64,000 bases of DNA from the NCBI GenBank assembly GCA_963662335.2, contig CAXXVD010000003.1, forward strand, positions 585,875 through 649,874, given 5' to 3'. Each line of letters starts with the position of its first letter. Positions within the stretch are counted from its first letter, which is position 1. The DNA comes from Chloroflexota bacterium (GTDB lineage Bacteria; Chloroflexota; UBA11872; VXOZ01). The translations under genes and the position numbers were made by a program. Under the pieces are notes generated by a model, which searched no databases, was not told the origin of the DNA, and worked only from the letters and a program-made list of their open reading frames with translations. Below, in pieces: positions 1-9,754 of the stretch.

Positions 1-98
1 GGGCCGCGCGGCGGTTGCGCGCCGTTGCCGTCCTCATCCGGGGGCATTTGTTCACTCATAGTACCCTCCACGCCAGCGCAATCGGAACAGCGCCGCCG

Positions 99-992
99 TC
101 ACGCCTTTGCTACTTTAGGAAACTCCACCCACGACGTTACGTCCAAGCCGCAATTGGCGGCCTGGCCGATGCGCACGTCGCCATAGGCGCTGATGAGCAT
201 GAAGCCCTCATGGTAGGGCAGGTCCAGTTCCCGCGCCAGCAGCGCCGACATGTCCGCCACCGCCTCACGGGTGGCGATTTCCAGTGTCTCGCCGTGGCCG
301 TAGGTAATCCACGATGTTTCCGTTTCCCACCACACCTTCTCCCAACCGGCGTTCTTCACCACCTCGATCTGCACGGTCACGTCGGCGGAGATTTCGATCG
401 CGCCGCCGGTGGCTTCCGCGTCGCCCATAGCGGCGTGCACGTCGCCCAGGCCGAACTGCGCGCCCGGTACCCACACCGGCAGGTGCACCACCGTGCCTTC
501 CGCGACGCTGTTGCAGTCCATGTTGCTGCCGTTGACGTCGGGGTCGGCGGTGTAGACCACCCGGTCCGGCAGCGCCGTGCCCACCACGCCGACCATGGGC
601 CGGGCCGGCAGGCGAATGCCGTTGTCGAGCACGAGGGAGTCGCCCTCCACGTCCACCATGACAATGGCGGGAAAGTCCGCCGCGTCGTTCAGGATGCCGA
701 ATCCGGGCGTAAAGCGCAGGATGCCGGGCGGCACCAGTTTTATCTCTTCGATGCGGACGTTCAACCCATCGCCGGGCAGCGCGCCGCGCACGGTCACCGG
801 CCCGCACGCCGGGTTCGACTCGCGGGTCTTGCGCACGGAGAGGTAGTAGTCCAGGTCTTCGCGGCGCTTGATGCGTCCGGTGGAAGAATCGTGGGTCTCG
901 AGCGTGAGGCGGTCGCCGGAATCGATCTCGGCTATCGCCGGTACGTCTTTGTCGAAGCTGTACGTGTAGTGCTCCCGCGCGATCCGCTGCAT
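99..992 (-). CDS. Acetamidase/formamidase family protein
   Basis: Motifs NPACGP, PMVGVVG, GSNMD, LGDVHAAMGDAE..G.AIE; start moved to ATG 992 (MQRIARE). Confidence 0.85.
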   Translation of the reverse strand: MQRIAREHYTYSFDKDVPAIAEIDSGDRLTLETHDSSTGRIKRREDLDYYLSVRKTRESNPACGPVTVRGALPGDGLNVRIEEIKLVPPGILRFTPGFGILNDAADFPAIVMVDVEGDSLVLDNGIRLPARPMVGVVGTALPDRVVYTADPDVNGSNMDCNSVAEGTVVHLPVWVPGAQFGLGDVHAAMGDAEATGGAIEISADVTVQIEVVKNAGWEKVWWETETSWITYGHGETLEIATREAVADMSALLARELDLPYHEGFMLISAYGDVRIGQAANCGLDVTSWVEFPKVAKA

Positions 993-1174
993 CGTCCGCC
1001 TTTCCGCGCCGCCGTCAGCGGCCCGCCTGCTACCGGCGCTGCCAATTCGCATTCTCTACGGGGACAATAGCACAGACACGCGGCGCATGACTAGGCAGCG
1101 CCGCCAGTATCCGTTATTGCCATGAGAATAACGCGACCGAGTGCGCCCTTGCCCTGAAAATCGCGCCTCATGCT

Positions 1175-1248
1175 CCGTCATTCCCGCGAAAGCGGGAATC
1201 CACTGCGTGCGTGGCGAAGATGGATTCCCGCGTTCGCGGGAATGACGG
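1175..1248. repeat. REP-like inverted doublet, family A (GTCATTCCCGCGnnnGCGGGAATCC)
   Basis: Two inverted copies of the palindrome; same family at 16936, 38147, 47865-48046, 48615-49723. Confidence 0.9.
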
Positions 1249-1329
1249 TCAGCCCCGTTTTCATTCCCCTGGGTGGCCGACGCGCTGCCATGGTGATTGC
1301 CATGCGGCCGTCCTCGACGGCAAATGGCG

Positions 1330-1357
1330 GTAGGGGCACGGCATGCCGTGCCCCTAC
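1330..1357. repeat. GTAG-type REP palindrome (GTAGGGGCACG..CGTGCCCCTAC)
   Basis: Perfect palindrome beginning GTAG; related copies at 20495 and 20597. Confidence 0.85.
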
Positions 1358-1418
1358 CGCGGGGCGGTGTTTTGTCCGGGGTGTTAGCGCTTTCACTCAC
1401 TTGTGTAGCCGCCGCGCG

Positions 1419-1427
1419 TGGTATAAT
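1419..1427 (+). promoter_or_regulatory. Extended -10 promoter element upstream of recJ
   Basis: TGGTATAAT (TGn-TATAAT) 45 bp before the ATG. Confidence 0.6.
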
Positions 1428-1472
1428 ACCTGCAAAGGATTACTGCATTGACATTCTAAACAAGGAAACTCC

Positions 1473-3206
1473 ATGCTCGCGCCCCGCTACGAGTGGCACG
1501 TCGCGTCCCGCGCGCCGGACCCGCTTTTCGCCGCGTTTCCGGCGCGCACGCCCCTGGTCGTGCAACTGCTCTACAACCGTGGGTATACCACGCCGGAGAC
1601 CATTCACGGCTTCTTCACGGGCGCGGACGTGCGGGAGCACGACCCATTTCTCCTGAAGAGCATGGATGCGGCGGTTGACCGCATCCTGCGCGCGATTCGG
1701 GACGGCGAGCAAATCGGCGTCTTCGGCGACTACGATACCGACGGCATCACCGCCGCCGTGATCCTCAAAGAGGCGCTGGAGTGCCTCGGCGCGCGGGTCA
1801 TCGTCCAATTGCCGCACCGGGTGGCCGACGGCTACGGCTTGACCGAACGCATCGTCGCGGCCCTGGCCGCGCGGGGAGTGAGCCTGCTGGTCACCGTAGA
1901 CTGCGGCATCAGCGCGGTGGAACCGGTGGCCGCGGCGGCCGCACGGGGCATTGACGTGATCATCACCGACCACCACCAGCCGCCGCCGCAATTGCCGGAC
2001 GCGCAGGCCGTCATCAATCCCTGGCTCCCCGACTGCACCTACCCTTTCGCAGAACTCTGCGGGGCCGGTCTGGCGTACAAACTCGGCTGCGCCCTGCTCG
2101 CGGCGGCCGGGCTTGACGGCGAATCCCAGGCGTTCGCAACTGCCGAACTCCGCGCGCTCGCCGCGCTCGCCACCGTGGCGGACGTGGTGCCACTGCGCGG
2201 CGAAAACCGCGCGCTCGTTGCGGCCGGCATCGAGGCGCTGCGGCGCACCGCGCAGCCGGGACTGCGGGCGCTCATGGACGTTGCCGGCGTGCAGCAGGCA
2301 GCCATCGACAGCCGCAGCATCGGCTTCGCGCTGGCCCCGCGCCTCAACGCCGCCGGGCGCATGGCGCATCCCAGCTTGGCCTACGCGCTTTTAACTACCA
2401 AGGATCCGGGCCGCGCCGAGGACCTGGCGGCGGAGTTGCAGCAACTCAACCGGCAGCGCCAGGACGAGACGAAGCGCCTGATGGACGAAGCCCAGCGCCA
2501 GGTAGCGCCGGGCCAGGCAGACGAGGCGCTGCTCTGGGTGGAAGGCGGCGACTGGCCGGCCGGCATCATCGGCCTGGTGGCGGGCCGGCTCAGCGAGGAA
2601 TACGGCAAACCGACCCTTGCCGTCGCGGTGGGTGAGGCGGAAGCGGTGGGTTCCTGCCGCAGTATCCAGGGCTACGACATTGCCGCCGCGCTCGCCGCGC
2701 ACGGCGGCCTGATGCGGCGCCACGGCGGGCACCCGCAGGCGGCCGGCTTTGCCGTTGCGAATGAACGGCGCGCCACGCTGCGGGACGCGCTGCAAGCCGA
2801 CGCCCGCCACGCGCTGGACAGCGCGGCGTTGCAGCCGCAACTGGCCATCGACTGCCAGGTGCCGGCGCAGCGCCTGAACCTGGATACCCTCGCCGACATC
2901 AACGTGCTCGCCCCCTTTGGCGCGAGCAATCCGGAACCGCGCTTCCTCAGCCGCGGCCTCAAGGTGAGCAACAAGCGCACCGTCGGCGCCAACCACCTGC
3001 GCGCCACCTTCAAAATCCGGGACGGCGCGTCCGTGACCGGTATCGGCTTCAACATGGCCGATCGCGCCCGCGGCCTGCGGCAAGGGCACGCGCTCGATGT
3101 GGTATATTCGTTGCAAGAGAACACGTGGGGCGGCTTTTCGCGGCTGGAGTTCGTCTTGCAGGACTTGCAGACGGCCGGCTTCGACCGCGGCGCCCCCGGC
3201 CAGTAG
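1473..3206 (+). CDS. recJ: ssDNA-specific exonuclease RecJ
   Basis: DHH-family motifs GDYDTDG, TVDCG, ITDHH, PRLNAAGR, GGHPQAAG, APFGASNPEP. Confidence 0.97.
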   Translation: MLAPRYEWHVASRAPDPLFAAFPARTPLVVQLLYNRGYTTPETIHGFFTGADVREHDPFLLKSMDAAVDRILRAIRDGEQIGVFGDYDTDGITAAVILKEALECLGARVIVQLPHRVADGYGLTERIVAALAARGVSLLVTVDCGISAVEPVAAAAARGIDVIITDHHQPPPQLPDAQAVINPWLPDCTYPFAELCGAGLAYKLGCALLAAAGLDGESQAFATAELRALAALATVADVVPLRGENRALVAAGIEALRRTAQPGLRALMDVAGVQQAAIDSRSIGFALAPRLNAAGRMAHPSLAYALLTTKDPGRAEDLAAELQQLNRQRQDETKRLMDEAQRQVAPGQADEALLWVEGGDWPAGIIGLVAGRLSEEYGKPTLAVAVGEAEAVGSCRSIQGYDIAAALAAHGGLMRRHGGHPQAAGFAVANERRATLRDALQADARHALDSAALQPQLAIDCQVPAQRLNLDTLADINVLAPFGASNPEPRFLSRGLKVSNKRTVGANHLRATFKIRDGASVTGIGFNMADRARGLRQGHALDVVYSLQENTWGGFSRLEFVLQDLQTAGFDRGAPGQ

Positions 3207-3225
3207 GAGTGCAAGGGGTTTTCCT

Positions 3226-5643
3226 ATGGCGCTCGTCCACACTGCCGCGTCGCTTGCGGAGCCGCGCCTGCGCACTATTGACGAGTTGCTGGCGGCCGTA
3301 GCCGCCTATGCCGGTGAGCAACCGGCGGCGCGCAAGCGAGAGCTTGACCGCATTCGCCAGGCCTACGCCTTTGCGGCCCGCGCCCACGCCGGCCAGGTGC
3401 GCAAGTCCGGCGAACCCTTTTCACAGCACCCGCTCTGCACCGCCCTGCTGCTGGCCGAAATCCGCATGGACGCCAGCACGATCTGCGCCGGCTTGCTCCA
3501 CGACTGCGTGGAAGATACCGAGGTCACGCTGGACGACGTGCGCGCCCAGTTCGGCGACGACGTGGCGTTGCTCGTGGACGGCGTCACCAAGCTCACCCAA
3601 CTCGATTTCCTCAACCTGGAGGACACCCAGGCCGAAAATCTGCGCAAGATGTTTCTGGCCATGGCGCGGGACATCCGGGTGGTCATCGTCAAACTGGCGG
3701 ATCGACTGCACAACATGCGCACGCTCGCCTACGTGGAACCGGAACGCCAGCGCCGCAAGGCGCAGGAAACCCTGGAAATCTACGCGCCGCTGGCAAATCA
3801 ACTGGGCATGGGGCAGTGGAAGTGGCAGTTGGAGGACGCGGCCTTCAGAGTGCTCCACCCGGACGTCTTCCGGCAGATCGAAGCCACGCTGGCGGAAAGC
3901 TCCCTGGCGCAGAACGACGTGCTGCAAGAAGCGGTGCAGACTCTCACCCACGAGCTTGAGAAGGCGGGCATCCAGGGCGAGGTCAGCGGACGGCCGAAGC
4001 ACATCACCAGCACGTGGTTCAAGATGCAGCGCAAAGGCGTGGGCATCCTGGAGATCTACGACCTCATCGGCGTGCGCGTGGTCGTGAGCACCGTGCAGCA
4101 GTGCTACGCCGCGTTGGGATTGGTGCACACGCTGTGGAAGCCGATACCCGGCCAGTTCGACGATTACATTTCGGTGCCCAAGTCGAACAACTACCGCTCG
4201 CTGCACACCGCCGTGATTGGCCCGGGCGGACAGCCGGTGGAGGTGCAACTGCGCACCCAGCACATGCACCAGGAAGCGGAGCTTGGCGTGGCCGCCCACT
4301 GGCGCTACAAAGAGGGTGAGCGGGGCGCCAATGTGCAGGAGCGCCTGGCTTGGCTCCGGCAGTTGCTGACCTGGCAGGAAGAGCTTTCCAGCGCGCGCGA
4401 CTTTGTGGAGACCGTGAAGGCGGACATCTTCCAAGACCAGGTCTTCGTGTTTACGCCCCGGGGCGACGTGAAAGACCTGCCGGCCGGCTCTACCCCGATT
4501 GACTTTGCCTACCGCATCCATACCGACGTGGGGCACCGCTGCCTGGGCGCGAAGATCAACGGCCAGATCAGGCCGCTCGATACGGAACTGCAGAACGGCG
4601 ACGTGGTCGATATTCAGGTGAGCAAAGCGCCCAAAGGCCCCAGCCGCGACTGGATCAACGTCGTCAAGAGCAGCCACACCCGCGAGCGCATCCGCCAGTG
4701 GTTCAAGAAGCAGGAGCGAACCGAGAACGTCGCCCGCGGCCGGGAGATGCTGGACAAGGAAATCAGGCGCCTGGGACAGGGCGACTTGAATAGCGTGGAC
4801 GATGCCCGCTTCCGCACGCTCTGCAAGTCGTTTACCTTCCACACGGCGGAAGACCTCTTTGCCGCCATTGGCTACGGCGCCATTTCCACCCAGCAGGTGG
4901 TGGCCAACCTGAGCCGTTCCGGCGAGCAGGCCGCGCCCGCGAGCACAGAACCGGAATTCTTGCCCACGGAGCCGCGCGCGGATAGGACCACCGGCACCGT
5001 GCAGGTCATGGGCGAGGGCAACATGCTCACGCGCCTGGCAACCTGCTGCAAGCCGCTGCCCGGCGATCACATCGTTGGCTACATTACCCGGGGCCGGGGC
5101 GTCACCGTCCACCGCCGCGACTGCCGCAACGTGCACGGCGCCAAAGACAAGGAGCGCCTGGTGCCGGTGGACTGGGGCGACCAGGTCATTTGCCAGGAAG
5201 CGCGCAACCTGCCGCTGCACCTGGCGCAGTGCTGCGGCCCGCAGGCGAGCGATAAGATACGCGGCTACGTTGTTGACGGCAGCGTGGAAGTCCACCGCAG
5301 CGACTGCCGCCGCATTCGCCAGAACGGCCCGCCGGGGACGCTGGTCACCGTTTCCTGGTCCCGCGCCAGCAAGCAAAACGCCCTCTACCCGGTGGCCCTG
5401 CGCGCCGAGTGCCTGGACCGGCCGGGCCTGCTGCGCGACATCAGCGCCGTTGTGACGGAAGAGAAGTTCAATATCAGCGCCGCCAGCGTGCTCACCGACG
5501 GCGGCACGGCCACGATTACGTTTACCGTGGAAGTAAGCGGCGTGGGCCGCCTGGCCGACCTGATGGCCAAGATCGAGCGCGTGAACGGCGTGGTGGGCGT
5601 CCAACGCGACGTGCGCGCCGACCGCCCGCGGCGCGGGAACTGA
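3226..5643 (+). CDS. rel: Bifunctional (p)ppGpp synthetase/hydrolase Rel (HD-SYNTH-TGS-ZFDx2-ACT)
   Basis: LLHDCVEDT, KLADRLHNMRT, YRSLHT, EVQLRT, TGS (DFAYRIHT), ACT (DRPGLL); start moved to ATG 3226. Confidence 0.96.
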   Translation: MALVHTAASLAEPRLRTIDELLAAVAAYAGEQPAARKRELDRIRQAYAFAARAHAGQVRKSGEPFSQHPLCTALLLAEIRMDASTICAGLLHDCVEDTEVTLDDVRAQFGDDVALLVDGVTKLTQLDFLNLEDTQAENLRKMFLAMARDIRVVIVKLADRLHNMRTLAYVEPERQRRKAQETLEIYAPLANQLGMGQWKWQLEDAAFRVLHPDVFRQIEATLAESSLAQNDVLQEAVQTLTHELEKAGIQGEVSGRPKHITSTWFKMQRKGVGILEIYDLIGVRVVVSTVQQCYAALGLVHTLWKPIPGQFDDYISVPKSNNYRSLHTAVIGPGGQPVEVQLRTQHMHQEAELGVAAHWRYKEGERGANVQERLAWLRQLLTWQEELSSARDFVETVKADIFQDQVFVFTPRGDVKDLPAGSTPIDFAYRIHTDVGHRCLGAKINGQIRPLDTELQNGDVVDIQVSKAPKGPSRDWINVVKSSHTRERIRQWFKKQERTENVARGREMLDKEIRRLGQGDLNSVDDARFRTLCKSFTFHTAEDLFAAIGYGAISTQQVVANLSRSGEQAAPASTEPEFLPTEPRADRTTGTVQVMGEGNMLTRLATCCKPLPGDHIVGYITRGRGVTVHRRDCRNVHGAKDKERLVPVDWGDQVICQEARNLPLHLAQCCGPQASDKIRGYVVDGSVEVHRSDCRRIRQNGPPGTLVTVSWSRASKQNALYPVALRAECLDRPGLLRDISAVVTEEKFNISAASVLTDGGTATITFTVEVSGVGRLADLMAKIERVNGVVGVQRDVRADRPRRGN

Positions 5644-5798
5644 GCGCACGTGCGCGAAACGGGGATTGACTGCCGCCGCAGTAGCTAGGTGTCGCAGGCG
5701 GCACGTTATGCAAAGCTACGCTTGCCACAATTCTCGCCGGCGCTCATGCACTGCAAAGGACGCAGAGCGCCGTTGGAAAGGAGACTGACAGAATCACC

Positions 5799-6383
5799 AT
5801 GGCCACTACCATTTCCGCACCGGCAATCGCGCCGACCCGCCGCCGTTTCACCGTGGCCGAGTATTACGCCTTGGCCAAGAGTGGCATCCTGGCTGCAAGC
5901 GAACGGGTTGAATTGCTGGAGGGAGACATAATCGTCATGCCGCCTATTGGCGACTGGCACGCAACTTGCGTTGACCGCTTTACCAATACGCTACCGCTTC
6001 GCTTGCAGGGGCGGGCCATCGTGCGCGTTCAAGGCCCGACTCGGCTGAATCTGCGCAGCGAACCGCAGCCGGACGTGATGCTGCTTCGCTGGCGAGATGA
6101 CTTCTACCGGGGAGGCCACCCTAGCCCCGGTGACGTGCTGCTGTTGATTGAGGTTGCTGACACCAGCGTCGACTACGACCGCGGCGCCAAGTTAACTGCC
6201 TATGCCCGCGCCGGCATCCCGGAAGTGTGGATTGTCATGCGGGAGAACCGCCGCATCGAAGCCTACACCGGGCCGGAAGGGGACACATACACGCAGACGC
6301 GGCAGGCCGGTCCCGGCGCTAGCATTGCGCCGGAGGCGTTCCCCGACCTGGTCTTGGAAGTCAACCAGGTTGTGGCCGGCTGA
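5799..6383 (+). CDS. Uma2 family endonuclease-like protein
   Basis: RRFTVAEY, ELLEG, EPQPD, LLIEVADTS, K..AYARAGIPEVW; RBS AAGGAG. Confidence 0.9.
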   Translation: MATTISAPAIAPTRRRFTVAEYYALAKSGILAASERVELLEGDIIVMPPIGDWHATCVDRFTNTLPLRLQGRAIVRVQGPTRLNLRSEPQPDVMLLRWRDDFYRGGHPSPGDVLLLIEVADTSVDYDRGAKLTAYARAGIPEVWIVMRENRRIEAYTGPEGDTYTQTRQAGPGASIAPEAFPDLVLEVNQVVAG

Positions 6384-6464
6384 CGCGGCGGAGCGGCGCA
6401 CACGTCCACTGTGAAAGAGCCATAGGCGCTTCCAAATCGACGAGACGATGCTGGAGTTTCAACC

Positions 6465-7178
6465 ATGGCAACGACTGGAACCATCACCAACGCTTGGAAA
6501 GTAAGAACGCTGCCGGACATCTTCTATGAAGATCCGGAGCCAATCGAGGACGGCATGCTGCAAGACCCGTTCATTCGCCGGATCGCCTATCTGCTCGCTG
6601 AGCGCTACGAGGACTCTCCCGACGTGTTCGTCTCCAGCGGCGGCTTCGTCTTCTACAATCCCAAGAACGGCAACGAGCGGGTCGCGCCTGACTGCTACAT
6701 CGCCTTCGGCGTGGACGTGGCGGCCATCTACGAGAACCTGCCCAACTACTGGATTTGGGAGATTGGCAAGCCGCCTGACTTCGTGCTGGAAGTGGCGTCC
6801 AAGAGCACGGCTCAGCGCGACCTGGGGGTGAAACGAGCGCTCTACGAGCGCTTGGGCATAGCCGAGTACTGGCGCATGGATCCGACCGGCGGCGACTTCT
6901 ACGGCCAGCCGCTGGCGGGCGACCGGTTGGTCGACGGCGCGTATGCGCCGTACGAACTAGAGATTGGGCCGGCAGGTACCGTGCGCGGCTACAGCGCGTT
7001 GCTGGACGTGGTGTTCTGCTGGGACGGACGGGAATTCGACGCGCTCGACCCTGAAACCGGCAAGACGATCGGCAAGCGGGAAGCGGCTGAAGCCCGCGCG
7101 GAAGCTGAGCGCCAAGCGCGTCTTGAAGCCGAAGCCGAACTCGCCCGGCTGAGAGCGCAACTCCGCGAACGGGATTAG
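6465..7178 (+). CDS. Uma2 family endonuclease-like protein with C-terminal coiled coil
   Basis: VAPDCYIAFGV, PPDFVLEVASKST, KRALYERLGIAEYW. Confidence 0.9.
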   Translation: MATTGTITNAWKVRTLPDIFYEDPEPIEDGMLQDPFIRRIAYLLAERYEDSPDVFVSSGGFVFYNPKNGNERVAPDCYIAFGVDVAAIYENLPNYWIWEIGKPPDFVLEVASKSTAQRDLGVKRALYERLGIAEYWRMDPTGGDFYGQPLAGDRLVDGAYAPYELEIGPAGTVRGYSALLDVVFCWDGREFDALDPETGKTIGKREAAEARAEAERQARLEAEAELARLRAQLRERD

Positions 7179-7239
7179 GCCGTATTGGTGGGCGCGCGGC
7201 GCCAATGAGCCTGCGCTCAGAATGCGCAGCGGTTCCCGC

Positions 7240-7863
7240 TCAATCCAAGTCCAGCGCGTGAGGATTGAATCCGGCGATGTCGAACATAGAGTAGGCGTAG
7301 CCGCTGGTCTGGCCGGCGAACGCCGAAGCGGTTAGCGGCGCGGCGGGTGTTTCCAGCGCCATCTGGGCGAAGTACTTGCTAACCGGCGCGAGTTCCGCCA
7401 GTGCCTCGTATTCGTGGGCCGCCAAGAACTCGGCGCGATCAACCTCCACCCCGTCGCATTCCGGCCCGCCCCCAAGGTCCTTGAGCGCGAACACGATGTA
7501 CACGTTGCTATCGCGCTCGTTGAGGCTGTTGCGCGCGGCCAGGATGCCTTGCACTTCGCTGCGGACTCCCGTCTCTTCATACATCTCCCGCACCACCGCC
7601 TCCTCGAACGGCTCGTCCTGCTCCACGTAGCCGCCCGGAATGGTCCAGCGGCCCTTGCCGGGGTCTTGCCCGCGCCGGATGAAGAGCACCTTGTTGTCGC
7701 GCACCACGATGCCGCCCACGCCCAACGAAAACGTGCTGAAGTGGATGAAGCCGCATGACTGGCAGGCGGCGCGCTGCCGCCCGCCTTCCGGCCGCAGCGC
7801 GAGCGCCTGGCCGCAGCGGGGACAGTAGCGGTAGTGGTTGGGCACAATCGGGAGTCCTGCCAT
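7240..7863 (-). CDS. NUDIX hydrolase with N-terminal Zn ribbon
   Basis: CPRC..CQSC; Nudix box GGYVEQDEPFEEAVVREMYEETG; start ATG 7863. Confidence 0.9.
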   Translation of the reverse strand: MAGLPIVPNHYRYCPRCGQALALRPEGGRQRAACQSCGFIHFSTFSLGVGGIVVRDNKVLFIRRGQDPGKGRWTIPGGYVEQDEPFEEAVVREMYEETGVRSEVQGILAARNSLNERDSNVYIVFALKDLGGGPECDGVEVDRAEFLAAHEYEALAELAPVSKYFAQMALETPAAPLTASAFAGQTSGYAYSMFDIAGFNPHALDLD

Positions 7864-8040
7864 GTCACCTATTCGCTCTTGGCTCTTGGAAACGCTTGAC
7901 TTGATGATAGGGCGCGCCGCGGGGTCGGTCAACAACCCGGAGGCATCCGCATTGGCTGCGCCGTGTTCCTTGCTGGGCGCGCCGCCGTGTGATAGCATTA
8001 ATGCACCCTCCGCTCGCTTACCCCCAGCGCAAGGATACGC

Positions 8041-8655
8041 ATGTCTTCTCCGGTAGAGCAGCGTCGGTCGCGGCGCGCGCGCACGCGCAGGACGGGTTCC
8101 GCAACCGCACCGCCGACCGCCATACCGCGCATCGAGCCTATCCTCACTTCCGCATCTACGCGCGGCGCCGCGGAGCCCCTACAAAAGCCGGCTGCCGCGA
8201 GAGCGCTGTCGCCGGCCGCGCGCGCCAGACGCCCCCGGACGCGGCGCGTCTCCACGCCCAAGCGGGCCTTTTCTTTCCGCCGGTTCGTGCCGGGCTGGCT
8301 GGTGCGGGCAGTTGTCATGCTCGCCCTCGTCGGCGCAAGTTGGCTCGGGCTGACGTGGGTGATGGTTACGCAAGATCCGGCCCAAAGCGGCAGTCGCGTG
8401 TTCTTCCTGGCCGCGGTATTCGCCACCGTCTTCGTTACCAGCCTGCCGGTCATGCACCGCATCTTTTCGTGGTTCGCGCCCTCGCGCTTGCAGCAAGGCA
8501 ATCCGGTGCTGGTGGCCGGCCACTCCTTTCTGTTGGCCAGCTTTCTCGTGGCGAACTTGAGCCTGCTGCTGGTGGGAAGTTGGAACGTGACCATGTTTAT
8601 TCTCATCTCCGCGCTCGCCGCCGTGGTGGAATCGCTCTTCCTGGCGCGCAAGTAA
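8041..8655 (+). CDS. Hypothetical membrane protein (Arg/Pro-rich N-terminus, about 4 TM helices)
   Basis: Four hydrophobic stretches in the C-terminal half; RBS AAGGA. Confidence 0.65.
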   Translation: MSSPVEQRRSRRARTRRTGSATAPPTAIPRIEPILTSASTRGAAEPLQKPAAARALSPAARARRPRTRRVSTPKRAFSFRRFVPGWLVRAVVMLALVGASWLGLTWVMVTQDPAQSGSRVFFLAAVFATVFVTSLPVMHRIFSWFAPSRLQQGNPVLVAGHSFLLASFLVANLSLLLVGSWNVTMFILISALAAVVESLFLARK

Positions 8656-8704
8656 GCGGGGCCGCCCGGCGCCGGGTCTACGACGAAGCCGGCTACGGAT
8701 CGCT

Positions 8705-9478
8705 ATGCTCGCTACCGACGAACTCGCCCGCCTCTATGACTTGGAATACGACGATTGGCACGAGGATGCCGCGTTCTGGCAGAGCCTGGCGGCGCGGACG
8801 GGCGGGCCAATCGTCGAGTTTGGCTGTGGCACGGCCCGCGCGTTGGCCCCGCTGGCGCAATGCGGCTACGACGTGATCGGCGTCGATTCCTCCCAGCCCA
8901 TGCTGGCCAGGGCCTCTGAGCGGTTCCGCGCCTACGACGTCCCGGCCGCGCAGTTCCGGCTTCTGCAACAACCCATGGAGTCCGCCACGCTCCCTATCTC
9001 TGGGCAAGCGCGCCTCGTATTTTCGGCGCTCAACGCCTTTGCGCACCTGGCCACGCCGCAGCAGCAATCCCAGGCGCTGGACGCCGCCCACCGCATGATG
9101 CATCCTGACGGACTGCTGGCGCTCGACCTCTTCAATCCCATAACCCAGGAGTACGGCCTGCGCGACCGCATGGTCACCTTGCGCAATGTGCTGGCGGACC
9201 CCCGGACCGGCGCGCCCATTCAGCAGTTCGAAATATGGGAAGTAGACCGCGCTGCGCAGGTGGCGCACACCACCTATCTCTACGACCACTTGCAGACCGA
9301 CGGCTCCATACGCCGGGTGACGACGACGTTTCCCATGCGCTACTCGTACCGCTACGAGATCGAAGCGCAACTGGCGCACGCCAACTTCGCGGTGGAGAAC
9401 GTCTTTGGCTCATACGAGGCCGACCCGTTTACGGGCACGGAGGAGAAGATGATCTTCGTCGCCCGGCCGCGAGGGTAG
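8705..9478 (+). CDS. Class I SAM-dependent methyltransferase
   Basis: IVEFGCGTAR, GVDSS..ML. Confidence 0.9.
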   Translation: MLATDELARLYDLEYDDWHEDAAFWQSLAARTGGPIVEFGCGTARALAPLAQCGYDVIGVDSSQPMLARASERFRAYDVPAAQFRLLQQPMESATLPISGQARLVFSALNAFAHLATPQQQSQALDAAHRMMHPDGLLALDLFNPITQEYGLRDRMVTLRNVLADPRTGAPIQQFEIWEVDRAAQVAHTTYLYDHLQTDGSIRRVTTTFPMRYSYRYEIEAQLAHANFAVENVFGSYEADPFTGTEEKMIFVARPRG

Positions 9479-9520
9479 GCGGCGCTGTAGTATCCGGTGG
9501 TTCACATGCCGCCCCCGGCA

Positions 9521-9547
9521 GTCATTCCGAGCGCAGCGAGGAATCTC
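9521..9547. repeat. REP-like palindrome, family B (GTCATTCCGAGCGCAGCGAGGAATCT)
   Basis: Identical copies at 10670 and 27215; variant at 25391. Confidence 0.85.
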
Positions 9548-9754
9548 GCGCCCAGCGCGGAGACTCTTCTGCAGTGCCGCCGCGACCGAAAAGCGCGCAT
9601 CTAGGGCCGCGCCTCACACCATCGGTAGGCAGGTTTGAGGCCTGAACCACCACTGTTCGCGCTGGCGCCATTGTGAACAGGCTTGCCAGACGTGCTATTC
9701 TGAGTGAGAGTTTTCCCATTACACGCAACACGACTCTTGTAGAGTGAAGGCTCC

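Noticed and set aside
1056-1451. Short ORFs containing WIPAFAGMT / FPRKRES / GDKPPRY (also near 16800-17200, 38000-38350, 47800-48150)
   Set aside because: These are translations of REP palindromes
3421-5649. Long antisense ORFs (742 aa here; also 20641-22167, 58198-59850 and others)
   Set aside because: Shadow frames of high-GC coding genes with no recognisable motifs
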